This document shows, piece after piece, positions 37,487-47,215 of a stretch of DNA of 64,000 nt. The notes under the pieces are model-generated. The model searched no databases, was not told the DNA's origin, and saw only the letters and a list, made by a program, of their open reading frames with translations. The first letter of the stretch is position 1; the number at the start of each line of letters is the position of its first letter. Origin of the DNA: a virus; the IMG/VR virus record IMGVR_UViG_3300020197_000008, positions 24,789 to 88,788 of that record. The stretch is one strand, 5' to 3'. Position numbers and translations under genes: made by a program.

Positions 37487-38755
37487 ATGTCAGACTTTAT
37501 TAACTCAGAATCAAAATCTGCTCAATATAATGGCCCCGTCAGTAGTGCAGATTTTAACCTAAAATCAGAACAAAATTACAGAGACCTTGTACATTTATAC
37601 AATCGATCTGGCATACTTGATCAAAAATTAGCAGAAGCTTTTGAGCGAGTAGTAAAAGATCAATACTTTTTATCAATGGCTATTTTGGACCTAGAAGACA
37701 GAATAAAGGCATTGGAATACGAAAGTCCTTCTACCTATAAAAAGCTTTCAATATTTAGTTATTCACAAATAGATGTTGGGTCTTTTGTTGGAAATTCTGG
37801 ATTTGCCGTAAGCACAACGGACGCCCTTAGTTTTGACTATATATACAATACGTTAACTCTACCATTGGTTCAGGGATCTTCTCATTCAAAAATCAAATTT
37901 TTTGACTCATCTGGAGATCAGGCTGTTCCTGATTTTTTGGAGATGAAAATTGAAAATAATTTTGCCAGTGTGGATAACTCAACTGCAATGATCGACACAA
38001 CTCCTGCTTATTATTCAATAATAGATTCCTCTGATAAATTCTGGAAGAGAAATGTCATAGTGGATTCTCCTGCTTTGGCTGGCGCACAAATGGAACTGTA
38101 TGTAAAAATACCGTCTTCATTTTCCGGTTCGGATTTTACAAATCATATACGAATGACACCGTATCCTCTCTTTGGAGTAGATATTGTTTCCATTTCTTTT
38201 ACGGAAGACGAAAATCCAAAACTAAATGCAGGAGATAGGTGGTTCCCGTTAAACTACAATAGACTCTACAACAATCAGGCTGAAGCTGTGGGTAAAGTGG
38301 CGCCAGGAGGTTGGTCAAATTCTTCGGGAGACATCATGCTTAATAGCGGTCCTGTGTGTTTTTATTTTGCTCCATTAAAAATCACTGCTATAAAAATAAT
38401 ATTTAGACAAAGAAACTACATACAGGAAAACGATAAATATATTTATACGTATGGATTATCTGATTTAGATATTGTTTCACAAAAATTTCTAGATACAGGA
38501 AAAACAATAATTAAGTTCACTGCGCCACAAAATACAACAATACAAAGTGTCGAGGAAGTCATTCCAAGAATATACAATGTTCCAGAGGAGCTTTTGTCTA
38601 CAGCATTTTCCTACAGGGTTATATACAAAGAGGGCTCAAGCTATACCCTAACCCCAGTTGCTGGATCGCAATCAGTATGGATTGAGGTATCATTAAACAA
38701 ACTTCCGGACGGAACCGCTCCAGTATTGTCAGATTTAATTGTAAATTATATATAA
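37487..38755 (+). CDS. Putative virion structural protein, 422 aa
   Basis: Intact ORF tightly packed in the operon. Confidence 0.55.
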   Translation: MSDFINSESKSAQYNGPVSSADFNLKSEQNYRDLVHLYNRSGILDQKLAEAFERVVKDQYFLSMAILDLEDRIKALEYESPSTYKKLSIFSYSQIDVGSFVGNSGFAVSTTDALSFDYIYNTLTLPLVQGSSHSKIKFFDSSGDQAVPDFLEMKIENNFASVDNSTAMIDTTPAYYSIIDSSDKFWKRNVIVDSPALAGAQMELYVKIPSSFSGSDFTNHIRMTPYPLFGVDIVSISFTEDENPKLNAGDRWFPLNYNRLYNNQAEAVGKVAPGGWSNSSGDIMLNSGPVCFYFAPLKITAIKIIFRQRNYIQENDKYIYTYGLSDLDIVSQKFLDTGKTIIKFTAPQNTTIQSVEEVIPRIYNVPEELLSTAFSYRVIYKEGSSYTLTPVAGSQSVWIEVSLNKLPDGTAPVLSDLIVNYI

Positions 38756-38822
38756 TTTTAAAAGTGTAAAAAGCCTATTTCTTTTTACTATATAGTGCAG
38801 TTAATCTAAGGAGATAATAAAT

Positions 38823-39410
38823 ATGGCTACATTTTATGTTGGTCCAAGACCCGTTTTGAAGGGTAGATCCTCTTCTGGAATGGTAAACCCGTATAAGGGA
38901 ACGGCAGGAAAGTATTCTTTTTACCCCCTATTTGCAGACAGCCATGTCCTAGATGGCGCACCAGACAATAATCACGTCCCAGGAACTGGCAGACACCCCG
39001 GCAACGTTCTTTTGTCGCAAGTATTTAATGGCACTAGCCTGTATGTTCATCCGCTATCGGGCACGCTTAAGAATGGGGTTGGATACGATGGAGCTCGTTT
39101 TAAGCCACACACCTACAGGGGAGTGCTCGGCGTTTTTGCATCCGGATATGGTCACGCTGATGGGAAAACAGACTATAGTCTCTACAGCAACTACGTGTTC
39201 GATGGCGTAACTGCAGCAGACGTTTTCCCATCCGGATACGGTCACGCAAATCGCACTACAGATTATAGCTTGTACGACAACTACACTCCAGATGGTGTAC
39301 CTAGCTCAACAGTATTTACATCTGGATATGGTCAAGCTAATACATCGTCAGAATATGGTAGAAATAAAGTTGGAGAACACAAAGGAGTTCCCTCTTCAAA
39401 AGCTCTGTAA
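38823..39410 (+). CDS. Gly/Tyr-rich hypothetical protein with three internal ~28-aa repeats
   Basis: Strong RBS TAAGGAG; repeats VF.SGYG(H/Q)A...TDYSLY.NY..DGV. Confidence 0.7.
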   Translation: MATFYVGPRPVLKGRSSSGMVNPYKGTAGKYSFYPLFADSHVLDGAPDNNHVPGTGRHPGNVLLSQVFNGTSLYVHPLSGTLKNGVGYDGARFKPHTYRGVLGVFASGYGHADGKTDYSLYSNYVFDGVTAADVFPSGYGHANRTTDYSLYDNYTPDGVPSSTVFTSGYGQANTSSEYGRNKVGEHKGVPSSKAL

Positions 39411-39445
39411 TTTGATCAAAAGACCATACATATAACAGTTCCTAC

Positions 39446-39454
39446 TGGTATAAT
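39446..39454 (+). promoter_or_regulatory. Candidate extended -10 promoter (TGGTATAAT)
   Basis: Matches TGnTATAAT in the gap between structural and replication modules. Confidence 0.4.
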
Positions 39455-39486
39455 GCTAGTGGGGAAATAAATACGAAGAGTATTTG

Positions 39487-39517
39487 TCCCGCCTCTCAAG
39501 GGCGGGATTGTTATTTT
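39487..39517 (+). terminator. Putative intrinsic terminator
   Basis: TCCCGCC-tctcaag-GGCGGGA stem followed by TTGTTATTTT. Confidence 0.55.
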
Positions 39518-39573
39518 AGGGCTAGATATATAGGTTTATTCAATTTTCGGTAGATTTAATAAGGATTACATAG

Positions 39574-40275
39574 ATGATATTAGAGCACATGATGTCCGTT
39601 GTTGATCAGGGGAACCTACCAATCGACGTTGCAGAAAAGTATTTAAATATTTATATAGGTGAAGCGGACTGGAAAACTCATATAGCAAAACTTTGGACAA
39701 ACTTTGAGAATAAGAACAAGAACAAAGATTTGAGTAGGGAAGAAATTAAAAAGACAGTCTCTTGTGCGGCTCTTCTTCCTACGGTCGAGAAAACAAATAT
39801 ACCCGATCCTGTTCATCTTATTTTGTTTTGGTGTCCAACCTGGAATCAATACAGGGAGAAAGATTGGTTTTCTCTATTTAAGAACGTAGTAAAAAAAGAT
39901 ATTGAAATACAGAAGAACCACAAACAATTAATCTCTTTAGGCGTAATAGATCCCATAGACTACTCCCCCATTACCAGGCAGGCTTACAATTGGTTATATT
40001 CTCACGCAAAAAACAGCGGCGCAGTTAATGATAAAAATGAAGAAATTATTTCAAAAAAAATGCAGAACCTGATAAGAATATACGGAGGAGCGGTGATATC
40101 GAATTTATTTACGAATCATACAAACTCAGTTGACAAAGTTTTTAATTGGAAAAGTGGTTATTTCTTTGAAAGAGAGATATACAATGTGTATACTTTTGAT
40201 CAGATAAAAAAAATTAAATCCAAAGAAATAGAAAAACTCAATCCAAAATTTGTTAAAATACTAGCAATTAACTAA
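39574..40275 (+). CDS. Hypothetical protein, 233 aa
   Basis: Intact ORF with RBS AAGGA. Confidence 0.65.
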   Translation: MILEHMMSVVDQGNLPIDVAEKYLNIYIGEADWKTHIAKLWTNFENKNKNKDLSREEIKKTVSCAALLPTVEKTNIPDPVHLILFWCPTWNQYREKDWFSLFKNVVKKDIEIQKNHKQLISLGVIDPIDYSPITRQAYNWLYSHAKNSGAVNDKNEEIISKKMQNLIRIYGGAVISNLFTNHTNSVDKVFNWKSGYFFEREIYNVYTFDQIKKIKSKEIEKLNPKFVKILAIN

Positions 40276-40283
40276 AGGAAAAA

Positions 40284-42380
40284 ATGTCAGAAGAAATTGA
40301 AAATGGAAATCCAGACCTATCTCCTATAGCAACAGGGGCTTCTATGTTCTCGTTTAAAGTCAGTGAAGATTTTATTCAAGGATACTATTCCAAACAGTCT
40401 CCATTTGGGTATAAAGACGCAGCTGGCAATAGTGTTGGTGAAATAACATTTCTTAGAACATACAGTAGGTTAAAAGAAGATGGCTCAAAAGAAACCTGGA
40501 TTGATGTTTGTGAACGAGTAATTAACGGAACCTACTCCCTCCAAAAAGACCACTGCAAAAAAAACAGACTACCATGGAACGACGCCAAGGCCCAAGCAAG
40601 TGCCAAAGAGGCTTTTGATAGGCTGTTTAACCTAAAGTGGACACCGCCTGGTCGTGGATTATGGGCGATGGGTACGAACATAGTTAATATACAAAAGAAT
40701 TCAGCAGCTCTTCAAAACTGTGCATTTGTTTCTACTGCTGAGATGACAAAAATAAACCCAGCTAGACCATTTGCCTTCCTCATGGAAGCGTCGATGCTTG
40801 GCGTTGGTGTTGGATTCGACGACAAAGGTGCGGATAAAGACTTTACAATCTATAAACCAAGTGATGAAAATATTATCTATGTCATTCCCGACACCAGAGA
40901 AGGCTGGGTGGAGTCTCTTATACTCATTTTAAATTCTTACCTAAAAGAACATCAACCAAAGTATTCTTTTGATTATTCGCACATAAGACCATCTGGAACT
41001 CCAATAAAAACATTTGGTGGTGTTGCGGCTGGTCACGAACCGCTATTGAGGCTGCATAAGCACATCCGTAAAATATTTGACGGTAGGGCTGGATCTAAGC
41101 TCACAAGAATGGATATAGCTGATATAGGTAATTTAATCGGAGTTTGTGTTGTTTCTGGAAACGTACGTCGTTCCGCAGAACTTCTGATAGGAAGACTGGA
41201 CGATCAGGAATTTTTAAATCTAAAAAATAAAGAAAAATTTCCAGAAAGAAACGCGTACGATCCTCTGGCTCCAGGATGGGGATGGATGTCTAATAATTCT
41301 GTAGAAACAGAAGTTGGGGCAGATTTGTCTTCGGTCATAGACGGCATATCTCTTAATGGTGAACCTGGGGTTATTTGGATAGACGTTTCTAGAAAGTATG
41401 GAAGATTAATTGATCCGCCCAATAATAAAGATCACAGGGTCGCAGGATACAATCCATGCGCAGAACAATCTCTTGAGTCCTACGAATGCTGCACGTTGGT
41501 AGAAACGTATCTTGGCAGGCATGATTCATTAGAGGATTATAAGCGAACATTAAAATTTGCTTATCTATATGCTAAAACGGTAACCCTTCTTCCAACACAC
41601 TGGGAAGAAACAAATGCAATCATGCAGCGCAACCGCCGCATTGGCACTTCAATGTCGGGTGTTGCGGATTTTGCTGATCGACTAGGAATGCCAATTCTTA
41701 AAGATTGGATGAATCAAGGCTATAAAACAGTGCAAAGGTACGACAATGTATATTCTGAATGGTTGGGTATACGAGAGTCAATTAAGACGACGACAGTAAA
41801 ACCATCTGGAACTGTATCCATTTTGGCTGGAGAATCTCCAGGAGTTCACTGGACTCCCGGCGGCAAATATTTCAACAGAACGATTCGCTTTTCCAACGAA
41901 GACCCAATGCTTCCGCTCTTTAAGATGGCAAATTATAGAATTGAACCAGCCGCAGAGTCGCCAGATACTACATCGGTTGTTTATTTTCCAATTAAATCTA
42001 ACGCTATTAGATCGGAAAAAGATGTAACAATCTTTGAGAAAATTGCACTTGCTACTACTGCGCAAAGATATTGGTCTGACAATTCTGTTTCCGTAACCGT
42101 GTCATTTAATAGGGACACTGAATCCCAGCATGTCGGTACGGTTCTACATATGCATGATGGTCAGCTAAAAACAGTTTCTTTCTTGCCTAGCGGCAATGAC
42201 ACATATCCACAAATGCCATATACACAAATTACCGAAGAAGAATACTTACAGCAGGCAAGTAAATTATTTCCAATTGATCTGACTGGGGTTTATGCCGGAA
42301 TGGCGGCAGATGCAATAGGAGAACGCTATTGCACAACAGACTCTTGTGAGATTAAATTCATAAAAACTAATGTAAATTAA
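40284..42380 (+). CDS. nrdJ: Class II (adenosylcobalamin-dependent) ribonucleotide reductase
   Basis: PPGRGLWAMG, LQNCAF, GNVRRSA, NPCAEQSLESYECCTL, TVKPSGTVS and C-terminal CTTDSC motifs of monomeric RTPR-type enzymes. Confidence 0.93.
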   Translation: MSEEIENGNPDLSPIATGASMFSFKVSEDFIQGYYSKQSPFGYKDAAGNSVGEITFLRTYSRLKEDGSKETWIDVCERVINGTYSLQKDHCKKNRLPWNDAKAQASAKEAFDRLFNLKWTPPGRGLWAMGTNIVNIQKNSAALQNCAFVSTAEMTKINPARPFAFLMEASMLGVGVGFDDKGADKDFTIYKPSDENIIYVIPDTREGWVESLILILNSYLKEHQPKYSFDYSHIRPSGTPIKTFGGVAAGHEPLLRLHKHIRKIFDGRAGSKLTRMDIADIGNLIGVCVVSGNVRRSAELLIGRLDDQEFLNLKNKEKFPERNAYDPLAPGWGWMSNNSVETEVGADLSSVIDGISLNGEPGVIWIDVSRKYGRLIDPPNNKDHRVAGYNPCAEQSLESYECCTLVETYLGRHDSLEDYKRTLKFAYLYAKTVTLLPTHWEETNAIMQRNRRIGTSMSGVADFADRLGMPILKDWMNQGYKTVQRYDNVYSEWLGIRESIKTTTVKPSGTVSILAGESPGVHWTPGGKYFNRTIRFSNEDPMLPLFKMANYRIEPAAESPDTTSVVYFPIKSNAIRSEKDVTIFEKIALATTAQRYWSDNSVSVTVSFNRDTESQHVGTVLHMHDGQLKTVSFLPSGNDTYPQMPYTQITEEEYLQQASKLFPIDLTGVYAGMAADAIGERYCTTDSCEIKFIKTNVN

Positions 42381-42381
42381 C

Positions 42382-42715
42382 ATGAACAGCCATCGGCAGT
42401 AACGAAGAATCTATAAATAAAGCATTTAAGGAAATAGTTTCTAATTTTGAATATAAAAAAATAAAAGATCTTCATAAAATTAACTCAGATAAGTACATTC
42501 AATTCTGCAGTAATCTTAACGCAGAACTATTAATCACTATTCAAGAAATAAATATTATTATAAAAAATTTATTCGAATGTAGGGAGGAGTACTATCAGGT
42601 TCCTCCAGAAATAAATAATTTTTTAAAATCTTTATATAAAAAAACTAGTGATTTCAACAATTTTATGCTAGACTTGATAGAGAAGGATCATACAGACTTA
42701 CCAGAGGAAGAATAG
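42382..42715 (+). CDS. Hypothetical protein (~110 aa), only assembled through a +1 shift at CGG codon 5
   Basis: ATG AAC AGC CAT C-GGC AGT AAC GAA GAA... stays open to TAG 42713-42715 and fills the nrdJ-thyX gap; shift at 42394. Confidence 0.7.
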
Positions 42716-43410
42716 TGGAAAAAGATACAAATGTTATACCTGTTTTAGGGAATGGGTATGTTAGATTTGTTGATTGTATGGGCAGTGATTTGTCAATCGT
42801 AAACGCCGCAAGAGCGTCTTTTGCAAAAGAATCACAAACCATGGAGGCAAGAGACGCACGTCTTATTGATTATTTAATAAGGGAAAATCACATGTCTCCA
42901 TTTAGGCATGCTTTTATGACCTTTGAGATTAAGGCTCCATTGATGGTTGCTAGACAGCACTGGAAGTATGTTGTTGGCTCTGATCATACAATGGATTCCT
43001 GGAACGAATCATCCAGAAGGTATATAACGATGGAGCCAGAATTTTATATTCCAAAAGGTAACGAATGGCGAACTGCGCCAGAAGACAAAAAGCAGGGCTC
43101 TGGTGGCCCAATGGGCCCATGGCAGGGTGCCGTATTAACGGATGAGCTTAATAATTATGTTAAGCAGGGAGAGGCCCTCTATAATATGGCAATAGAGCAG
43201 GGTGTGGCACCGGAGCAGGCTAGGCTCTTTCTTCCAGCCTATGGTATGCATATTATCTACAGGTGGTCATGCAGCGTTCAGTCAGTATGTCTTTTTTTAA
43301 CCCAAAGATTAGCGGAAGATTCTCAGGTGGAGATACAGGAATATGCAAGGGCAGTACGCGTTTTTGCAGAACAAAAATTTCCAATTACGATTGGAAGATT
43401 GGTGAGTTAA
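42715..43410 (+). CDS. thyX: Flavin-dependent thymidylate synthase
   Basis: IVNAARAS, HMSPFRH, VARQHWKY, WNESSRRY, APEQARLFLP, SQVEIQEYA motifs. Confidence 0.92.
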   Translation: MEKDTNVIPVLGNGYVRFVDCMGSDLSIVNAARASFAKESQTMEARDARLIDYLIRENHMSPFRHAFMTFEIKAPLMVARQHWKYVVGSDHTMDSWNESSRRYITMEPEFYIPKGNEWRTAPEDKKQGSGGPMGPWQGAVLTDELNNYVKQGEALYNMAIEQGVAPEQARLFLPAYGMHIIYRWSCSVQSVCLFLTQRLAEDSQVEIQEYARAVRVFAEQKFPITIGRLVS

Positions 43411-43411
43411 T

Positions 43412-43576
43412 GTGGCTGTAAACTTAATTAAGATATTGTTATTTGTAGTTTTTTTTAATTGGACAATCAGCATGCATTTAGTGAACGCTAGAGCTAATAC
43501 TAAATCTCAAAAAATAACTACAGTTTTAGTTGCACTCCTGCTTAGTTTGTTTATCGGTATTGTGGTAATATTATAG
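43412..43576 (+). CDS. Small two-TM membrane protein (54 aa)
   Basis: GTG GCT GTA AAC... to TAG; two hydrophobic stretches; fills the gap. Confidence 0.55.
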   Translation: MAVNLIKILLFVVFFNWTISMHLVNARANTKSQKITTVLVALLLSLFIGIVVIL

Positions 43577-43580
43577 CGCC

Positions 43581-43832
43581 ATGCCAGCTTCAAAATTAAA
43601 TTATATTGTCGTATATAAAAATCATAGTCAAGTATATGGCTGTTCTTCAAGGAAAATAGCCATAGAATCTCCCCCACCAGAAGGGTATTCAGAAGATGAT
43701 AAAAAGATTTTATTTGTGTCCTTTGAGCCAGATACCGATAATCTATGTGCATATCTTGTATCAAAAGAAGATATAGCAGAAGAAGAAATAGAAATAAAGA
43801 AAACTAAAAAGAAAGTAAAAAGCAATGAGTAA
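43581..43832 (+). CDS. Hypothetical protein
   Basis: 83 aa ORF, tight packing. Confidence 0.6.
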   Translation: MPASKLNYIVVYKNHSQVYGCSSRKIAIESPPPEGYSEDDKKILFVSFEPDTDNLCAYLVSKEDIAEEEIEIKKTKKKVKSNE

Positions 43833-44067
43833 GAAAACAAATAAGAAAAAGAAACAAGGAATTAAACTTGAGTCTGGTCAAACATACGCAATAGAGGACC
43901 TAGAGGCATTCATGCATATTCAAAAAACATACGCTTCATTAGCTTGCAGTCATATTTCGGACGACGAAAAAGCGCTATGTGCTAGGGTTTTATCTGCTGT
44001 CAATTCTGCAATAAAAAACGTATACATTGCACGAGAGGAAAATTCCGATGAAGACTACTGGGATTAA
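43825..44067 (+). CDS. Hypothetical protein
   Basis: 80 aa ORF overlapping neighbours. Confidence 0.6.
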   Translation: MSKKTNKKKKQGIKLESGQTYAIEDLEAFMHIQKTYASLACSHISDDEKALCARVLSAVNSAIKNVYIAREENSDEDYWD

Positions 44068-44320
44068 GTGCTTAACCGCTGTCGTAATAGTATCTGCTTG
44101 TTTTTATGTTCTTTGGAAAAGAAACAAAAATCCTTTTCCGCAATTTGACTATTTTTCCAATTCTCATGAATATAAGCCATACAATTCTTTTATAGAACAC
44201 TACGATTCTAAAAATGTTCCAGATGCTTATGATAAATACAAAAAATATCTTGAGTTTGGCATGAGTGAAGACAACGCATTTAAAAGCGTAATAGAAAATA
44301 AACTTAGAAAAAATGATTGA
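44048..44320 (+). CDS. Hypothetical protein with N-terminal TM segment
   Basis: ATG 44048 after GAGGA; CLTAVVIVSACFYVLW hydrophobic segment. Confidence 0.55.
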   Translation: MKTTGIKCLTAVVIVSACFYVLWKRNKNPFPQFDYFSNSHEYKPYNSFIEHYDSKNVPDAYDKYKKYLEFGMSEDNAFKSVIENKLRKND

Positions 44321-45125
44321 TCTTTGTGTTGTTAATTATAATACCAGACCGCTACTGGAAAGGCTGTTGAATAGTCTTCACGACCAATTATTCACTGGAA
44401 ATCATTCAGAAAAATTTTGGAATTTATATATAGCCGATAATCATTCGGATGATGATACAATAGATTTTTTTAGATCTAAAGAAGATGACTATTTAATAGA
44501 TAGAGTGTGTTTAAACAAAAACATCGGCTATTCAGCTGCGTGCAATAAGCTTGCAGCCCTTGGGTCGAATAGTGTTATAGGATTACTCAATGCCGATGTT
44601 TGGTTTACAAATGAAGATATAACAAAAATTTGTAAAATCTTTAATCAAGAACAAAAAATTGACATCCTTGGTCCAAAACAAAGAGATGAGTACGGTCTCA
44701 TAAGGCACGCTGGCATCGTTGGCACCAATACACAGCCTAGACACAGGGGTTGGATGGAGCCAGATCCGACAGATTCTCTTTATAGAGACAGGATTGATTG
44801 CGTGACCGTATCCGGTTCCGCATACTTTATTAGAAGATCGGTATGGAATGAACTAACAAATAATACCAAATATAGAGAATTATATCCGAATGCAACTGGA
44901 GCCTTTCTTCCAACACCTCATTACTACGAAGAGACTTGGTGCTCGTACTTCGCTAGACACCTAGGTCATAACGTGGTGTATGATGGATCTGTGTCAATTG
45001 GTCACAGCTGGCACGCCTCTTCCCCTAAGCCGGGAGAGGGCTACAGTCATGCTGATGCACAGTTTAAGACAAGCCAATTACTATTTCGTAATGCATGCGA
45101 TTATATGGGGATAGAGAGAGACTAA
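44313..45125 (+). CDS. Family 2 glycosyltransferase
   Basis: VVNYNT, ADNHSDDDT, NIGYSAACN, LLNAD, VSGSAYFIRR, YYEET motifs. Confidence 0.88.
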   Translation: MIDLCVVNYNTRPLLERLLNSLHDQLFTGNHSEKFWNLYIADNHSDDDTIDFFRSKEDDYLIDRVCLNKNIGYSAACNKLAALGSNSVIGLLNADVWFTNEDITKICKIFNQEQKIDILGPKQRDEYGLIRHAGIVGTNTQPRHRGWMEPDPTDSLYRDRIDCVTVSGSAYFIRRSVWNELTNNTKYRELYPNATGAFLPTPHYYEETWCSYFARHLGHNVVYDGSVSIGHSWHASSPKPGEGYSHADAQFKTSQLLFRNACDYMGIERD

Positions 45126-45133
45126 AATATCTT

Positions 45134-46267
45134 ATGTCACAAAACGAAAATTCAATTTTTATTCCTAAAGTACTTTCATTGTTTTCTGGAGTAGGTGGTT
45201 TTGACCTTGGTTTAGAACGTGCGGGTATGAAAACAGTGTTTCAATGCGAGTGGGATAAGCATGCCGTAAAGATACTGGAACGTCATTGGCCCGAAGTACC
45301 GCGATGGACGGATATTTCGACTCTGACTGGCGCATATGTTCTGGATCATGCACCGACGATTGATGTTGTTGCTTGGGGCTCTCCGTGTCAAGACCTTTCT
45401 GCGGCAGGTAAGCGAGTAGGCCTGAGTGGAAAACGCTCAGGATTGTTCCACGAGGGCGTAAGAATCATCAAAGAAATAAGGGAGATAACAAATGGAAAGT
45501 ACCCCAAATTATCTATCTGGGAAAATGTCTATGGAGCGCTTAGCTCCAATAAAGGAGCCGACTTTAACCAAGTTCTCTACGAAATGGCTGAGGCAGGGGC
45601 GCTGGAACAGGAATGGCGTGTCTTGGATGCGCAATACTTCGGAGTCCCACAACGACGTCGAAGAGTGTTCCTCGTGTCTGTCTTTGATTCTACAGTCGCC
45701 AAAAGATGTCCCGATCCGCTATTCCCTTTCCCCGAAGGCGTGTCAGGGCATATTGAGAAGGGCTCAGAGTCGATCAAGAATCCTTCCGACAGTCTTGAGG
45801 GAAGCCTTACAGAGGGTAGCTGCACAGATAAAACAACAATAGGATCCAACGAAGACAGTAAGACCTCGGTCGAGTATGATAAATACAACTCAATAATTGG
45901 ACCGTTAGCAGCTTCGGATTGGAAATTTCCGCAGCAGCAGCAGGTTTATGAGGGAAAAATAGTGGTATACAAACAAAAAGATACACGCAGCGCCGTATCT
46001 GTTTTAGGGACCACAGCTCATACATTAACATCCAGAATGGATTCTAGCGAAGATGGATACGGCAGGGGTACGCCAATAGTTGCGGAGATGCAAAACAACA
46101 ATCCTGTTGTGAGAAAGCTTACCCCAATTGAATGTGAGCGTCTTATGGGTTGGCCGGATGATTGGACTTGCGGACAGGCAGACATACACAGATATACACA
46201 ATGTGGAAACGGAGTGGCCTCTCCTGTCGCAACGTGGATTGCGCAAATACTAATCCCCCTGCTATAA
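45134..46267 (+). CDS. dcm: DNA (cytosine-5)-methyltransferase
   Basis: LFSGVGG (I), GSPCQDLS (IV), WENV (VI), QRRRRVF (VIII), RKLTPIECERLMGWP (IX), GNGV (X). Confidence 0.93.
   Translation: MSQNENSIFIPKVLSLFSGVGGFDLGLERAGMKTVFQCEWDKHAVKILERHWPEVPRWTDISTLTGAYVLDHAPTIDVVAWGSPCQDLSAAGKRVGLSGKRSGLFHEGVRIIKEIREITNGKYPKLSIWENVYGALSSNKGADFNQVLYEMAEAGALEQEWRVLDAQYFGVPQRRRRVFLVSVFDSTVAKRCPDPLFPFPEGVSGHIEKGSESIKNPSDSLEGSLTEGSCTDKTTIGSNEDSKTSVEYDKYNSIIGPLAASDWKFPQQQQVYEGKIVVYKQKDTRSAVSVLGTTAHTLTSRMDSSEDGYGRGTPIVAEMQNNNPVVRKLTPIECERLMGWPDDWTCGQADIHRYTQCGNGVASPVATWIAQILIPLL
45492..45842 (+). CDS. Possible nested alternative-frame polypeptide inside the C5 MTase gene
   Basis: 116 aa ORF with LSLILQ..VP.RYSLSPKACQGILRRA..R...LP..LREAL, resembling from memory the nested beta polypeptide of M.EcoHK31I-type enzymes. 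Confidence 0.5.
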   Translation: MESTPNYLSGKMSMERLAPIKEPTLTKFSTKWLRQGRWNRNGVSWMRNTSESHNDVEECSSCLSLILQSPKDVPIRYSLSPKACQGILRRAQSRSRILPTVLREALQRVAAQIKQQ

Positions 46268-46301
46268 TGGGTGTCAAACAATCGGAAAGAAAGATACAGT
46301 C

Positions 46302-46694
46302 GTGACAGATAAATTAAATCCATGGATATACAATGCAGAGATTAAAAAAGTAGTTGATGGTGACACATTTGATATTGTCATTGATCTTGGTTTTGATATT
46401 CTTAGGAAAGGTAGAGTGCGTCTTTATGGCGTAAATACACCAGAAAGTCGAACAAAAGATTTAGCTGAAAAACAAAAAGGTTTAGCAGCTAAAGAGTTCA
46501 CCGATCAATGGCTTACCCGCGCAAAGCATAAAGTTAAAATAGAAACTATCTTAGATAAAAATGAGAAGTATGGCAGAGTATTAGCTAAGGTTTGGGATGA
46601 GGGTGGCAACTGTCTCAATACAGATATCGTTGCCGCAGGCTTTGCAAGGGAATACTATGGTGTTGGAGATAAGACCTGGTCAGAATTTAAGTAA
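46302..46694 (+). CDS. Thermonuclease (SNase)-family nuclease
   Basis: VVDGDT, VRLYGVNTPE, EKYGRVLA motifs. Confidence 0.88.
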   Translation: MTDKLNPWIYNAEIKKVVDGDTFDIVIDLGFDILRKGRVRLYGVNTPESRTKDLAEKQKGLAAKEFTDQWLTRAKHKVKIETILDKNEKYGRVLAKVWDEGGNCLNTDIVAAGFAREYYGVGDKTWSEFK

Positions 46695-46953
46695 TATAAT
46701 TATTATATTTTATTATTTTGCCCTTGTTCTTATTAGACTATATCTTAAAAGTTTCTCAAGAAAGATAATAAATTATTATGGCATTTGAAACTCTGCTTAT
46801 TGAAGCTCACCTATTCCCATCTTTTCAAAAGAATAAATATCATAAGTCTCACAAACTACGTTTCCTAAAAAGGGACTGGGAGCATCAATTAAAATACGCA
46901 TGCTTTTCTACTGATTTTCTGAGTCCTTTGTCAAAAAAAATTGTTAGTTGAAG

Positions 46954-46982
46954 TTGACTTTTCCTGGTTGGGTCGATATAAT
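46954..46982 (+). promoter_or_regulatory. Sigma70-type promoter TTGACT-17-TATAAT
   Basis: Near-consensus -35 (46954-46959) and perfect -10 (46977-46982), 17-nt spacer, upstream of the RBS of gene 47024. Confidence 0.75.
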
Positions 46983-47023
46983 ATCTATCTGTAATTAATC
47001 AATTCAATCATAAAGGAAAAAAT

Positions 47024-47206
47024 ATGTCAGATAATAAATTCAACTACTTTGAAGTTAAGACCTCGTTTCTTGTTAAGGCAAGAAATAAGTCGGAGGCGGA
47101 GAAGATTGCCCTTGGACGCAAGAATGTTAAGGGCGAAATCCTTTCTACAAATACAGACGTGGAAAGAGTTTCAGCAGTAGACGTTAGGGAAATGCTAGAA
47201 ATCTAA
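47024..47206 (+). CDS. Small hypothetical protein (60 aa) in its own transcription unit
   Basis: RBS AAAGGA; flanked by promoter and terminator. Confidence 0.75.
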   Translation: MSDNKFNYFEVKTSFLVKARNKSEAEKIALGRKNVKGEILSTNTDVERVSAVDVREMLEI

Positions 47207-47215
47207 TATCTATTC

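Noticed and set aside
46778-46951. 57-codon + strand ORF (MAFETLLIEAHL...) in the intergenic gap
   Set aside because: No RBS, no recognisable motif, and it overlaps promoter-like elements.
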